Shown here: in pieces, positions 29,474 to 38,995 of the stretch | Position numbering within the stretch: position 1 is the first letter of the stretch | How the letters are laid out: every line of letters begins with the position of its first letter | Assembly (NCBI GenBank): GCA_964482725.1 | Contig: CAYZYT010000007.1 | Coordinates: forward strand, 87,945 to 151,944 | Length of the DNA: 64,000 nt | Origin: an uncultured bacterium | Lineage (GTDB): Bacteria > Omnitrophota > Omnitrophia > Omnitrophales > Aquincolibacteriaceae | Direction of reading: 5' to 3' | Program-made: the position numbers and the translations under genes | Notes under the pieces: generated by a model | Database searches by the model: none | What the model saw: only the letters and a program-made list of their open reading frames with translations | Told to the model about the DNA's origin: nothing

Positions 29474-30289
29474 TTATTTCTTTAGAACAGCTTCGATCTC
29501 AGCTTTCCAGGCGTCTGCCGTTCGAGAAGCGCTTTTTTTACCATTCAGGAAAAATGTCGGCGTTCCCATCACATCCACCTTGCTGCCTAACTCCAGATCA
29601 GATTCGATGATCTTTTCATAGGTGGCGTCTTTGTCTTTTAGATCTTTCTGGAATCGAGCTACATTGAGCCCTGCTTTTTGAGCTAATTCCGTGAACTTGT
29701 CGTTGTTGAGCATTTCCGCGTTCGCAAGAATCAGGTCAGACATTTCGTAGAACTTGCCCTGCTCGCCCGCGGCCATTGCCGCCTTCGCTGCCTGGCGCGC
29801 CTTATCGTGGAATGGCAGGGGATAGTGTTTGACGAGGATGCGGACCTGATCCGGGAAGGCTTTCTGGCTTGCGATTGCTTGTGGATAAAATTTCGCGCTG
29901 AAAGGACACTGATAATCCTGGAAAACAGTGATCGTTAGCGGAGCGTCTTGGGGGCCCAGTAAATACGAATTTGCGACCGGGAGGTCATAGACTTTATTCA
30001 TATCTTCCGGCGGCGGCCCGGACATCGCAGCGAGCTGGGTTTTGATCGCTTTGACTTCGGATTCCAGGGCGGTGAGCCTTGCTTCCCAAGCGCTTGAAGC
30101 GGCCTTGCCGGCCGTGAGCAGTGTTGCCTCCATCTTCTTCTGGCTGCCGGCAATCTCCTGAAGGTGTCCGGAGATCGTTAGGGTTGCAGAGCGCACGGTT
30201 CTTTCGATGAAATAGGTGAGGCCCGATCCTCCGGCGACGAGAGTCAGAGCGATCAGTGTAAAGGTAAAAAGTCTATTTTTGTGACCCAT
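29474..30289 (-). CDS. Membrane-anchored DsbA-family thioredoxin-fold protein (CxxS)
   Basis: TM helix + coiled coil; GP.DAPLTITVFQDYQCPFS, HYPLPFH, GTPTFFLNG. Confidence 0.9.
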   Translation of the reverse strand: MGHKNRLFTFTLIALTLVAGGSGLTYFIERTVRSATLTISGHLQEIAGSQKKMEATLLTAGKAASSAWEARLTALESEVKAIKTQLAAMSGPPPEDMNKVYDLPVANSYLLGPQDAPLTITVFQDYQCPFSAKFYPQAIASQKAFPDQVRILVKHYPLPFHDKARQAAKAAMAAGEQGKFYEMSDLILANAEMLNNDKFTELAQKAGLNVARFQKDLKDKDATYEKIIESDLELGSKVDVMGTPTFFLNGKKSASRTADAWKAEIEAVLKK

Positions 30290-30439
30290 GGGATTTCTCC
30301 TGATTTTTGAAACGTATGGTACCTCAAGCGTGTTTGGAAATCCATGGTTTCGAACGGAAGCCTCGAGAAAAGATTCTTTTGTCTCGCGGGCTTATTTCGC
30401 GTATTAAAATTAAAGAAGCCCATTTATTTTTCGAGTTTA

Positions 30440-30469
30440 TTGACAAGCCCCGCATGGGTTTAGTATGAT
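30440..30469 (+). promoter_or_regulatory. Sigma70-type promoter of guaB-guaA
   Basis: TTGACA-18bp-TATGAT. Confidence 0.7.
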
Positions 30470-30512
30470 ACCGCAAATGGGACAGGCAACAGCATCTATC
30501 CAGCATATTTAC

Positions 30513-30556
30513 AGGCACAAAGCAGCGCGGAACGCGTTCGTCTTTGTGCCTTTTTT
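30513..30556 (+). terminator. Leader terminator (attenuator candidate) upstream of guaB
   Basis: aggcacaaag...ctttgtgcct followed by T-run, between promoter and gene. Confidence 0.65.
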
Positions 30557-30602
30557 GTTTTTAGCGGCCACTGATTCTAAAGATTAAACAGGGGGAACTC
30601 TT

Positions 30603-31763
30603 ATGTCCGTTTTTATCGGAAAAGATCGCAAAGCACGCCGGGCCTATGGTTTCGATGAGATCGCTTTAGTGCCCGGTGACAAAACCATCAATCCGGATGA
30701 AGTCGATATCAAGATGCCCTTGGGAGACATGACGCTCGATATTCCGTTCTTGGCTTCCGCCATGGACGGTGTTGTGGACCCGAAGTTCGCCATCGCCATG
30801 GGAAAACTCGGGGGGCTTGCCGTGTTGAACCTCGAAGGGATCTATACCCGCTACGACGATTACGAATCGATCCTTGAGGAGATCTCCAAATCAACGCCGG
30901 AAAAGGCGACGCAGCTCGTTCAAAAACTGTATGTCAAACCCATCAACGAAAAGCTGATCGCTAAACGTATCAAAGAGATCAAAAAGGCGAAGGTCCTTTG
31001 CGCCGTGAGTGCGATCCCTCAGCGTGCCGAACGGTTCGGGAAGATCGCCGAAGAAGCGGGCGCGGACATTTTTGTGGTTCAATCGACGGTCACTTCGGTG
31101 AAGCACATATCGAAAGCTTATCAGGTGGTTAATTTTTCAAAGTTTTGTAAAAAAATGAAGATTCCGGTTATCTTGGGGAACTGTGTGACTTACAAAGTCG
31201 CTTTGGAACTCGCGGAAACCGGTTGCGCAGGACTTCTTATCGGCATCGGCCCGGGTTCGGCCTGCACGAGTCGCGGTGTTTTGGGGATTGGAGTGCCTCA
31301 GGTGACTGCGATCGCCGATTGCGCAGCGGCGCGTGAGCACTATTACAAAAAAACTGGAAAATACGTTTCAATTATCGCGGATGGTGGCATGTCGACCGGC
31401 GGCGATATTTGCAAATCGATCGCCAGTGGTGCGGATGGTGTCATGGTGGGATCGGCTTTTGCCCGTGCGAAAGAAGCCCCCGGCCGAGGGTTCCATTGGG
31501 GCATGGCCACGCCTCACGCGAATCTTCCTCGTGGCACGAGAATTCATGTGGGGACGACTGGGACTCTGGAAGAGATCCTTCAGGGACCCGCGCATTTGGA
31601 TGACGGAACGCAGAACCTGGTGGGTGCTCTTCGCACTTCCATGGGGAATCTTGGCGCTTCCAATATCCGTGAGATGCAGATGACCGAAATCGTGATCGCG
31701 CCGGCCATCAAGACCGAAGGAAAACTATTTCAAACAGCCCAGAAGCTTGGGATGTGCAAATGA
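30603..31763 (+). CDS. guaB: IMP dehydrogenase, GuaB3 family (no CBS domains)
   Basis: YGFDEIALVP, ASAMDGV, IGIGPGSACTSR, IADGG, WGMA. Confidence 0.92.
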   Translation: MSVFIGKDRKARRAYGFDEIALVPGDKTINPDEVDIKMPLGDMTLDIPFLASAMDGVVDPKFAIAMGKLGGLAVLNLEGIYTRYDDYESILEEISKSTPEKATQLVQKLYVKPINEKLIAKRIKEIKKAKVLCAVSAIPQRAERFGKIAEEAGADIFVVQSTVTSVKHISKAYQVVNFSKFCKKMKIPVILGNCVTYKVALELAETGCAGLLIGIGPGSACTSRGVLGIGVPQVTAIADCAAAREHYYKKTGKYVSIIADGGMSTGGDICKSIASGADGVMVGSAFARAKEAPGRGFHWGMATPHANLPRGTRIHVGTTGTLEEILQGPAHLDDGTQNLVGALRTSMGNLGASNIREMQMTEIVIAPAIKTEGKLFQTAQKLGMCK

Positions 31764-31871
31764 AATGAGGCTATCCCTTAGCGAAGCTAAGTGATTCGGC
31801 CGAATTTCATCCCCGAATGTTTCTGTCGGGGATCTAGAGCTGGATTCCCGCTACAAGCATGCGGGAATGAC
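31761..31871. repeat. REP-like compound palindromic element
   Basis: tgaaat..cttagcgaagctaag..atttca; atccccga-N9-tcggggat; attcccgc-N9-gcgggaat-gac. Confidence 0.8.
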
Positions 31872-31917
31872 AGAGGTTTTTGCAGCCCCTGTGGGGCAAA
31901 AGGGAGATAGAATTCGA

Positions 31918-33459
31918 GTGGAAGAAAACATCGTTGTTCTGGATTTTGGATCGCAGTACACGCAGCTGATCGCCCGGCGCGTGCGTGAGAACAAGGTCTT
32001 CTCGAAGGTGCTACCCTTTAATGCGCCGCTTGAAAAGATCCTTGCCGAAAATCCCACGGGCATCATTCTTTCCGGCTCTCCCGCCAATGTTTACACCAAG
32101 GATTCGCCCATTCCGGACAAACGGCTTCTGCTTTGCGGGATTCCGATCCTCGGGATTTGCTATGGGATGCAAGTGACGGCGCATCTTTTTGGCGGACGCG
32201 TTCACAAATCCAATAAGCGTGAATATGGGTTCTCCGAACTTCATATCGATAAACCCCAAAGCCCACTTTTCAAGGGGCTTCCCAAGCATCTGACCTGCTG
32301 GATGAGCCATGGGGATAAGCTGGAACGTCTTCCCGGAGGATTTGAGCGTCTTGCACACACAGAGAACGCACCGTTTGCGGCTATGGGCGATGCCAAACGG
32401 AAGATTTATTGTATCCAGTTCCATGCCGAGGTTGCGCACACGCCGCTCGGTTCCAGGATCCTTAAAAATTTTCTTTCCCGTGTTTGCGGCTGTCGCATGA
32501 CCTGGACAGCGGAATCCTTTATTGCCGAAAGCATCCGGAAGATCCGCCAGCAGGTGGGGAAAGACCGCGTGGTGCTTGGGCTTTCCGGTGGCGTGGATTC
32601 TTCGGTGGCGGCGGTGCTCCTTCATAGGGCGATCGGTAAAAAACTCAATTGCATTTTTGTGGATAACGGGCTCCTCAGGCTCGGCGAAGCCGAGAAGGTC
32701 GAAAAGACTTTCCGCGGGCACTTCAGGATGAATCTTAAAGTCGTGGATTCCGAAAAGATCTTTCTGTCCCGGCTCAAGGGAGTGATCGATCCTGAGAAAA
32801 AGCGCAAGGTGATCGGGAAGGCTTTTATCGATGTGTTCGCGAGCGAGGCTAAAAAGCTCGGGAAGGTGCCGTTCCTCGCGCAAGGAACGCTTTATCCCGA
32901 CGTGATCGAATCCGTGTCTTATCACGGGGGCCCCACGAGCGTGATCAAGAGCCATCACAATGTTGGCGGGCTTCCGAAAGATATGAAATTCAAGCTAGTC
33001 GAGCCGCTCAAAGAACTTTTTAAGGATGAGGTCCGCGCGGTTGGGAAGGCTCTCGGGATCGATAAGGATATCGTCGGGCGTCAGCCTTTTCCGGGGCCGG
33101 GACTTGCGGTGCGTATTTTGGGCGAGGTCCGCAAGGACCGTTGCGAGCTTCTCCGCAAGGCGGACTGGATCGTGATCGATGAGATCAAAAAAGCTGGTTA
33201 TTATGACAAGGTCTGGCAGTCTTTTGCTGTGCTGCTTCCCATCCAGAGCGTCGGCGTGATGGGGGATGAACGCACGTATGAGAACGCCGTGGCGGTGCGT
33301 GCTGTGACTTCCCAGGATGGCATGACGGCGGATTGGGCGAAGCTCCCGCCGGAACTTTTGGGACGCATTTCTAACCGCATCATTAATGAAGTGCGCGGCA
33401 TCAACCGCGTCTGTTACGATATTTCCTCCAAGCCCCCGGCCACGATTGAGTGGGAATGA
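31918..33459 (+). CDS. guaA: GMP synthase (glutamine-hydrolysing)
   Basis: [46 protein letters not shown]; GTG start chosen. Confidence 0.98.
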   Translation: MEENIVVLDFGSQYTQLIARRVRENKVFSKVLPFNAPLEKILAENPTGIILSGSPANVYTKDSPIPDKRLLLCGIPILGICYGMQVTAHLFGGRVHKSNKREYGFSELHIDKPQSPLFKGLPKHLTCWMSHGDKLERLPGGFERLAHTENAPFAAMGDAKRKIYCIQFHAEVAHTPLGSRILKNFLSRVCGCRMTWTAESFIAESIRKIRQQVGKDRVVLGLSGGVDSSVAAVLLHRAIGKKLNCIFVDNGLLRLGEAEKVEKTFRGHFRMNLKVVDSEKIFLSRLKGVIDPEKKRKVIGKAFIDVFASEAKKLGKVPFLAQGTLYPDVIESVSYHGGPTSVIKSHHNVGGLPKDMKFKLVEPLKELFKDEVRAVGKALGIDKDIVGRQPFPGPGLAVRILGEVRKDRCELLRKADWIVIDEIKKAGYYDKVWQSFAVLLPIQSVGVMGDERTYENAVAVRAVTSQDGMTADWAKLPPELLGRISNRIINEVRGINRVCYDISSKPPATIEWE

Positions 33460-33463
33460 CAAT

Positions 33464-33535
33464 CGGAGGGCGGAGGGCGGAAGGCGGATGGCGTCAAACT
33501 GAAAACTCCATCCCCCCTCCTCCATCCGTTCAGCG
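33464..33535. repeat. Heptamer-periodic inverted array
   Basis: cggaggg cggaggg cggaagg cggatgg ... ccatccc ccctcct ccatccg. Confidence 0.8.
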
Positions 33536-33543
33536 AATTTAAA

Positions 33544-36500
33544 ATGAGCCACAGCGACTTCGTTCATCTCCACTGTCACACCGAGTACAGTCTTCTTGAC
33601 GCGACGTGCAAGATCGATGAGCTCATGACGCGCGCCAAGGAGCTCCGTTTTCCGGCACTCGCCATGACCGACAACGGAAATCTTTTCGGTGCTATCCAGT
33701 TCTATTCCAAGGCCATGAAAGAGGGGATCAAACCCATCGTCGGGATGAGCACGTACGTGGCGCCCGGATCCCGGCTCGAGAGACAGGCTCATGGCATCAA
33801 GGAAGCCTCCTTCCACCTCACGCTTTTGGCCACGAACGAGCAAGGTTATCGAAATCTTATGAAACTTGCGAGCATGGGATACACCGAAGGTTTCTATTAT
33901 CGGCCGCGGGTGGATAAAGAGATCCTTAAGGAATATGCGGAAGGTCTGATCGCGCTCTCCGGCGGGCTCAAAGGCGAGGTCCCGTATTATCTCTATCATG
34001 ATCAGATGCATGATGCGAGGAAGGTGTCGGCGGAATACGCAGAGATCTTTGGCAAAGACCGGTTCTTTCTCGAGATCATGGAACACGGGCTGGAGCCTCA
34101 GAAAAAAGTGATCCAAGGTTCCCAGCAGCTTGCCAAAGAGCTCAAGCTTGGCATCGTGGCCACCAATGACGTGCATTACATACATCAGAACCAGGCGATG
34201 GCGCATGATGCGCTGATCTGTATCGGGACCGGCGCGAAGCTCGATGAGCCGAATCGTATGCGCTACCAGGGCGACCAGTATTACCTCCGGTCCGCGGAGG
34301 AGATGAAAAGTCTTTTCAAGGATATCCCGCAAGCGATCCGGTCCACGATCGAGATCGCGGAGCGCTGCAATCTGGAGCTCGATTTTCACAAGATCTTCCT
34401 TCCGCAATTTGCGCCGCCCGACGGGAAGACGCAGATCCAGTATATGGAAGAGCTTTGCTTCCGGTTCCTGCGCGAGCGTTTTGCCGGAGAGATCCCTCCG
34501 GAATATGAAGCGCGTTTGCGTACCGAGATCACACTGATCAGCAAGATGGGCTATATCAGCTACTTCCTGATCGTTTGGGATTTTATCCGGTTCGCGCGGG
34601 AAAAGGGGATACCGGTGGGACCGGGTCGCGGTTCAGCGGCCGGAAGTTTGGTGGCTTACTCCCTTTATATTACCGATGTGGATCCTATCCGGTATCACCT
34701 CTATTTCGAGCGTTTTCTCAATCCCGAACGCGTGAGCATGCCGGATATTGATATCGATTTTTGCTACGAGCGTCGGGACGAGGTGATCGACTATGTGAAA
34801 CGCAAATACGGGACTGCGAATGTGGCCCAGATCATCACGTTCGGCACGATGGCTGCGAAAGCGGCTGTGCGTGACGTGGGACGGGTGATGGGGATCCCTT
34901 ACGGTGAGGTAGACCGGATCGCGAAGCTGATTCCTCTGGAGCTCAAGATCACGCTCAAGCAGGCCTTGGAGCGTGAACCTCAGCTAAAAGAAATGGTCGC
35001 GACGGATGTGCGGATGGCGCAACTGATCGAGACTTCCCAGGCCCTGGAGGGGCTTTCCCGTCACGCCTCGATCCATGCGGCCGGCGTTGTGATCTCGGAT
35101 GTGCCTCTGACGGAACATGTTCCTCTCTATAAGACGGAAGACCAGGTCTGCACGCAGTACACGATGAAGGACCTCGAAAAGATCGGTCTTCTGAAGATGG
35201 ACTTTCTGGGGTTGAAGACGCTCACCGTGATCAACGAAGCGGTCAAGATCGTCCAGAAGCAGCGCAATGTGAAGATCGATGTCTCGAAGCTCCCCGAGGA
35301 CGATCCGGAGACTTACGAGATGCTGGCGAAGGGCGATGCGCTCGGGGTATTTCAGCTTGAAAGCTCGGGCATGCGCGATCTTCTCAAAAAAATGAAGCCG
35401 AGCCACTTTGACCATCTTGTCGCATTGCTTGCTCTTTATCGTCCGGGACCTCTGGGCAGCGGTATGGTGGATGATTTCATCAAGCGCATGCGTGACCCAA
35501 AACTTATCAAGTACGATCATCCGGCTCTTGAGCCGAGTCTGAAGGAAACTTATGGTGTGATCCTTTATCAGGAACAGGTCATGCGTATCGTGAGCGACCT
35601 TGCCGGATTCACGCTTGCTCAGGCCGATTCGCTGCGCCGGGCCATCGGGAAAAAGATCCCAGAGGTCATGGCCAAGGAAAAGAAGGCTTTTATGGATGGC
35701 GCCATGAAACGCGGTGCCAAGGAAAAAGTCGCGGAGAAGATCTGGGAACTCATCGATTACTTTTCAGGCTACGGTTTCAATAAATCCCATTCCACAGCTT
35801 ACGCGGCGGTGTCTTATCAGACTGCCTATCTTAAGGCTCATTATCCCGTGGAGTTCATGACCGCGCTGCTGACCTCGGAAATGAACAATACCGATAAAGT
35901 GGTGCAATACATCGAAGCAGCCAAGAAAATGGGGATCGATGTCCTGCCGCCCGCGGCGAATGAAAGTTTTTCTGATTTTACCTGTGTGGGAAATCATATC
36001 CGGTTCGGGCTCGCGGCCATCAAGAACGTCGGTTCGACCGCCATTGAATCTATTATTGCAACGCGGCTGAAGGATGGACCGTTCCGTTCGCTTTTTGATT
36101 TTGTCCAGCGCGTGGAGCTCCGGACCTGTAACCACAAGGTCATGGAAAGTCTGATCAAATGTGGCGCTTTTGACGAGTGGAAGCTTCACCGTTCGCAGCT
36201 TATGGCGATGCTGGATGGCGTGTTGGATATGGGCGCGAATATTCAGAAGGATCGCAGCCGTGGGCAGCTTTCTTTTTTTGAAAATAGCGGAGGCGGGCAG
36301 GACGGGTTTCATGATCAACAGGCCGCGGTGCCGGATATCCCGGAGTGGCCGGAGAACCAAAAACTGGCGTATGAGCGCGAGCTGATCGGTTTTTATGTTT
36401 CCTCGCATCCTCTTTCCAAATATGCCAAGATCCTTAAAAGTTACGCGTCGGCAACCACCGCCAATCTTTCGGAATTCAATCACCAGGCTGAGGTGACGAT

Positions 36501-36987
36501 CGGTGGGATCATTGATACGATGAAAGAGATCCTAACGAAAAAAGGGGACAAGATGGCGTTCCTGAGCCTTCAGGATCTGAACGGTTCTTGCGAAACGGTT
36601 GTATTTCCGAGTGTTTTTAAGGCCGCTGGGACTTTGATCCAAAAGGATGCGTTGGTTTTCATTAAAGGCAAGGTTGACGCACGCGACGATGTGGCGAAGC
36701 TTCTGGCCGATGAGATCATTCCCTTGGAAGAAGTTCCTAAGCGGTATACGCGTATGATCGCCATCAACCTCAAGACCGCAGGGTTGGGAGCCGAAGTCCT
36801 GAAGGAGGTGCGCAGGATCCTTATGGCCCATAAGGGGAGCACCCCAGTTTATCTTACACTCCAGGACCCCAAGGGGCGAATGACGGTCCTGGATTCCGGG
36901 GATAGTCTCAAGGTTGAGACCTCCGATGTTCTCTTCGAGGAACTCGAGCGTCTTCTGGGAGAAAATTCCGTCAAAATACGGTCTTAG
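33544..36987 (+). CDS. dnaE: DNA polymerase III alpha subunit
   Basis: FVHLHCHTEYSLLD, GRGSAAGS, MPDIDIDF, KMDFLGL, YGFNKSH. Confidence 0.99.
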   Translation: MSHSDFVHLHCHTEYSLLDATCKIDELMTRAKELRFPALAMTDNGNLFGAIQFYSKAMKEGIKPIVGMSTYVAPGSRLERQAHGIKEASFHLTLLATNEQGYRNLMKLASMGYTEGFYYRPRVDKEILKEYAEGLIALSGGLKGEVPYYLYHDQMHDARKVSAEYAEIFGKDRFFLEIMEHGLEPQKKVIQGSQQLAKELKLGIVATNDVHYIHQNQAMAHDALICIGTGAKLDEPNRMRYQGDQYYLRSAEEMKSLFKDIPQAIRSTIEIAERCNLELDFHKIFLPQFAPPDGKTQIQYMEELCFRFLRERFAGEIPPEYEARLRTEITLISKMGYISYFLIVWDFIRFAREKGIPVGPGRGSAAGSLVAYSLYITDVDPIRYHLYFERFLNPERVSMPDIDIDFCYERRDEVIDYVKRKYGTANVAQIITFGTMAAKAAVRDVGRVMGIPYGEVDRIAKLIPLELKITLKQALEREPQLKEMVATDVRMAQLIETSQALEGLSRHASIHAAGVVISDVPLTEHVPLYKTEDQVCTQYTMKDLEKIGLLKMDFLGLKTLTVINEAVKIVQKQRNVKIDVSKLPEDDPETYEMLAKGDALGVFQLESSGMRDLLKKMKPSHFDHLVALLALYRPGPLGSGMVDDFIKRMRDPKLIKYDHPALEPSLKETYGVILYQEQVMRIVSDLAGFTLAQADSLRRAIGKKIPEVMAKEKKAFMDGAMKRGAKEKVAEKIWELIDYFSGYGFNKSHSTAYAAVSYQTAYLKAHYPVEFMTALLTSEMNNTDKVVQYIEAAKKMGIDVLPPAANESFSDFTCVGNHIRFGLAAIKNVGSTAIESIIATRLKDGPFRSLFDFVQRVELRTCNHKVMESLIKCGAFDEWKLHRSQLMAMLDGVLDMGANIQKDRSRGQLSFFENSGGGQDGFHDQQAAVPDIPEWPENQKLAYERELIGFYVSSHPLSKYAKILKSYASATTANLSEFNHQAEVTIGGIIDTMKEILTKKGDKMAFLSLQDLNGSCETVVFPSVFKAAGTLIQKDALVFIKGKVDARDDVAKLLADEIIPLEEVPKRYTRMIAINLKTAGLGAEVLKEVRRILMAHKGSTPVYLTLQDPKGRMTVLDSGDSLKVETSDVLFEELERLLGENSVKIRS

Positions 36988-37166
36988 GAGCTGCTTTTTC
37001 TTTATCCGGCCTCTTTTAAGAAATAAACAGTAATCAGTCCCAATATCTTTCTATTGATATTTTCTTAGAAATTTTGGGCATTGAACTGCCCCGAGAATAA
37101 AAATAAAATAAAGACTTGGGCAGGATTATTCCGCATTTTCAATAAAAGAGCGATGGAAAGCAGGGT

Positions 37167-37233
37167 TAACCCCAAGCATTGCTTGAGGTTACAACTTAAA
37201 TCGCTTGACAAGGCTCTCGAGATTTGCTATTTT
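37167..37233 (+). promoter_or_regulatory. 25-bp dyad plus promoter upstream of the HU/IHF gene
   Basis: taaccccaagcattgcttgaggtta, then TTGACA (37205) and a TG-extended weak -10. Confidence 0.5.
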
Positions 37234-37375
37234 TTTGCATCTTCAGACAGGATAAGCAGTTGGAGAGATTCAGCGGGAGCTTTGAATTTATTTTACGGAA
37301 GGATGCAGGGATTTGTGACCAACGAATACCCGTTTAGGATTTTTTGATTTCTAGCGGGGTAAAGGAGGTGGGACC

Positions 37376-37648
37376 TTGACTAAAAAAGATATTGTGATGA
37401 AAGTTTCGAATGAAACGAATCTCACCCAGATCGATGTCAAGAAGATCGTCCAGAAAACCCTTGATGTTATTTCCGACAGCCTCCAGCGCGGCGAGACCGT
37501 GGAGCTCAGGAATTTCGGTGTGTTCAAAATAAAAAACCGCCGCGGTCGCTTGGGACGTAATCCCCGGACCGGCGAAGAAGTGACGGTCCCCGAAAAAAAA
37601 GTCGTGGTGTTCAAACCCGGACTTATCTTAAAGATCAAGGTAAAGTAG
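37376..37648 (+). CDS. HU/IHF family DNA-binding protein
   Basis: MTKKDIV, VELRNFGVF, GRNPRTG, FKPG; AAGGAGGT RBS, TTG start. Confidence 0.95.
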   Translation: MTKKDIVMKVSNETNLTQIDVKKIVQKTLDVISDSLQRGETVELRNFGVFKIKNRRGRLGRNPRTGEEVTVPEKKVVVFKPGLILKIKVK

Positions 37649-37753
37649 GTAGGGAAGTGAGGTCCCCGACCCGATGGGTCGAAGGACCCGGAGGGACGCG
37701 CCCGGATATTCTGCGGCGCGAAAGTGATTTTCAAAGATTTTAAGGAGGCGGGT

Positions 37754-38026
37754 ATGGCAGAAAAAGGTAAGGTAAAATGGTTCTCCAACGTCAAGGGTTT
37801 CGGATTTCTTCGCAAGGATGGGGAAGAGAAGGATATTTTTGTCCATTATTCCGTGATCCAGGGGGACGGGTATAAGCGGCTCAATCCCGACGAAGAGGTC
37901 GAGTTTGACATTGCTCAAGGAGAAAAAGGACCGCTCGCCCAGAACGTGGTTCGCCATAAAAAGCCGAAAGAAGAAGGCGCTGCCGAGGCCGCTCCCGATG
38001 CCAAGAAGGAAAGCAAAAAGAAATAA
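37754..38026 (+). CDS. Cold-shock domain protein
   Basis: GKVKWF..KGFGF, DIFVHYS, GPLAQNV. Confidence 0.95.
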   Translation: MAEKGKVKWFSNVKGFGFLRKDGEEKDIFVHYSVIQGDGYKRLNPDEEVEFDIAQGEKGPLAQNVVRHKKPKEEGAAEAAPDAKKESKKK

Positions 38027-38080
38027 GTCTGCCCAAGGCTTTGAGGCTTTTAACTTTGGCGGCATCTTAAAATAGAAATC

Positions 38081-38113
38081 GACCCGCGGGATCTTTCCCG
38101 CGGGTCTTTTTTT
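38081..38113 (+). terminator. Intrinsic terminator
   Basis: gacccgcggga-tctt-tcccgcgggtc followed by T7. Confidence 0.85.
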
Positions 38114-38192
38114 CTCCTCGTCCGAGCCGGGATGAGGGCGAAGCTGCCGCGCTGTGCGGCGGGTCTGAATGGATTCATAAGGAAGCCCGATA

Positions 38193-38993
38193 TTGGAAAA
38201 TAAAAAAAACAGAAAACTGCGCAGGTTCTTTACTTCCAGGATCCTGCAAAAAACTTCTCATGACCTTTGGCTCGATCCGGCCGAGACCCACCATCTTCGG
38301 GACAGCATACGCCTCAAGTCGGGAGATGCTTGTCTTGTAACGGATGGTTGTGGTGGTGAAGCGGAGGCTGTGGTCGGCGAGTTTTCGCCGGACGGGCGTG
38401 CCCGTCTTCTGATCCAGAGAATTCTCGTGAAAGAGGGGACTTTGAATGAGGCTATCACTCTTCGGGTTTTTCCGGTAATGCTGCGCAAGGGGAAGACGGA
38501 TCTCCTCGTTGAAAAAGCCCAAGAGCTGGGGGTTCACGAGTTTCATCCGATCGGGTCAGAGCATTGCGAAGTTCAGATCGCCAAAGAAAAAGCTGGGAAG
38601 ATCCTCGATCGCTGGAACCGTATCGCACGCGAAGCCAGCAAACAGTCCGGAAGTCTGAAGCTCCTCAAGGTTGCAGCGCCTCAAAGCTTCAAGGAAGCCT
38701 TTGACAGTATTTCTCCTGAAGAGCCTGTCGCGATCTTTCATCCGGGGTCGGATTCCATCTTGTTCCCGAAATGGCTTGCGGAAATCCAGGGGCTTAACGG
38801 TACGATCAAAGCGCTCAATATTTTTATCGGGCCCGAGGGCGGCTTCTCTAAAGATGAGATCCTTTGGGCGAAAGGACGCCGCAAAGAAAAGAATCTTCAC
38901 CTTGTTGGGCTGGGAGAATCTCTTTTTAAGGCAGATACGGCCTTCATCGGGATCGTGGCTTCCATCAGATTTTCCGGCGTTCTTTCCGCGTGA
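38193..38993 (+). CDS. rsmE: 16S rRNA m3U1498 methyltransferase
   Basis: HHLRDSIRL, EKAQELGV, EASKQS, IGPEGGF. Confidence 0.92.
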   Translation: MENKKNRKLRRFFTSRILQKTSHDLWLDPAETHHLRDSIRLKSGDACLVTDGCGGEAEAVVGEFSPDGRARLLIQRILVKEGTLNEAITLRVFPVMLRKGKTDLLVEKAQELGVHEFHPIGSEHCEVQIAKEKAGKILDRWNRIAREASKQSGSLKLLKVAAPQSFKEAFDSISPEEPVAIFHPGSDSILFPKWLAEIQGLNGTIKALNIFIGPEGGFSKDEILWAKGRRKEKNLHLVGLGESLFKADTAFIGIVASIRFSGVLSA

Positions 38994-38995
38994 GT

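Noticed and set aside
29895-29915. Selenocysteine in the DsbA active site
   Set aside because: The codons are TGT and AGC; there is no in-frame TGA.
31867-31917. Upstream ATG extension of guaA
   Set aside because: The ATG comes from the repeat end GGGAATGAC; homology starts at GTG 31918.
32995-34407. 470-aa minus-strand ORF spanning guaA/dnaE
   Set aside because: Antisense to two essential genes; no protein family signal.
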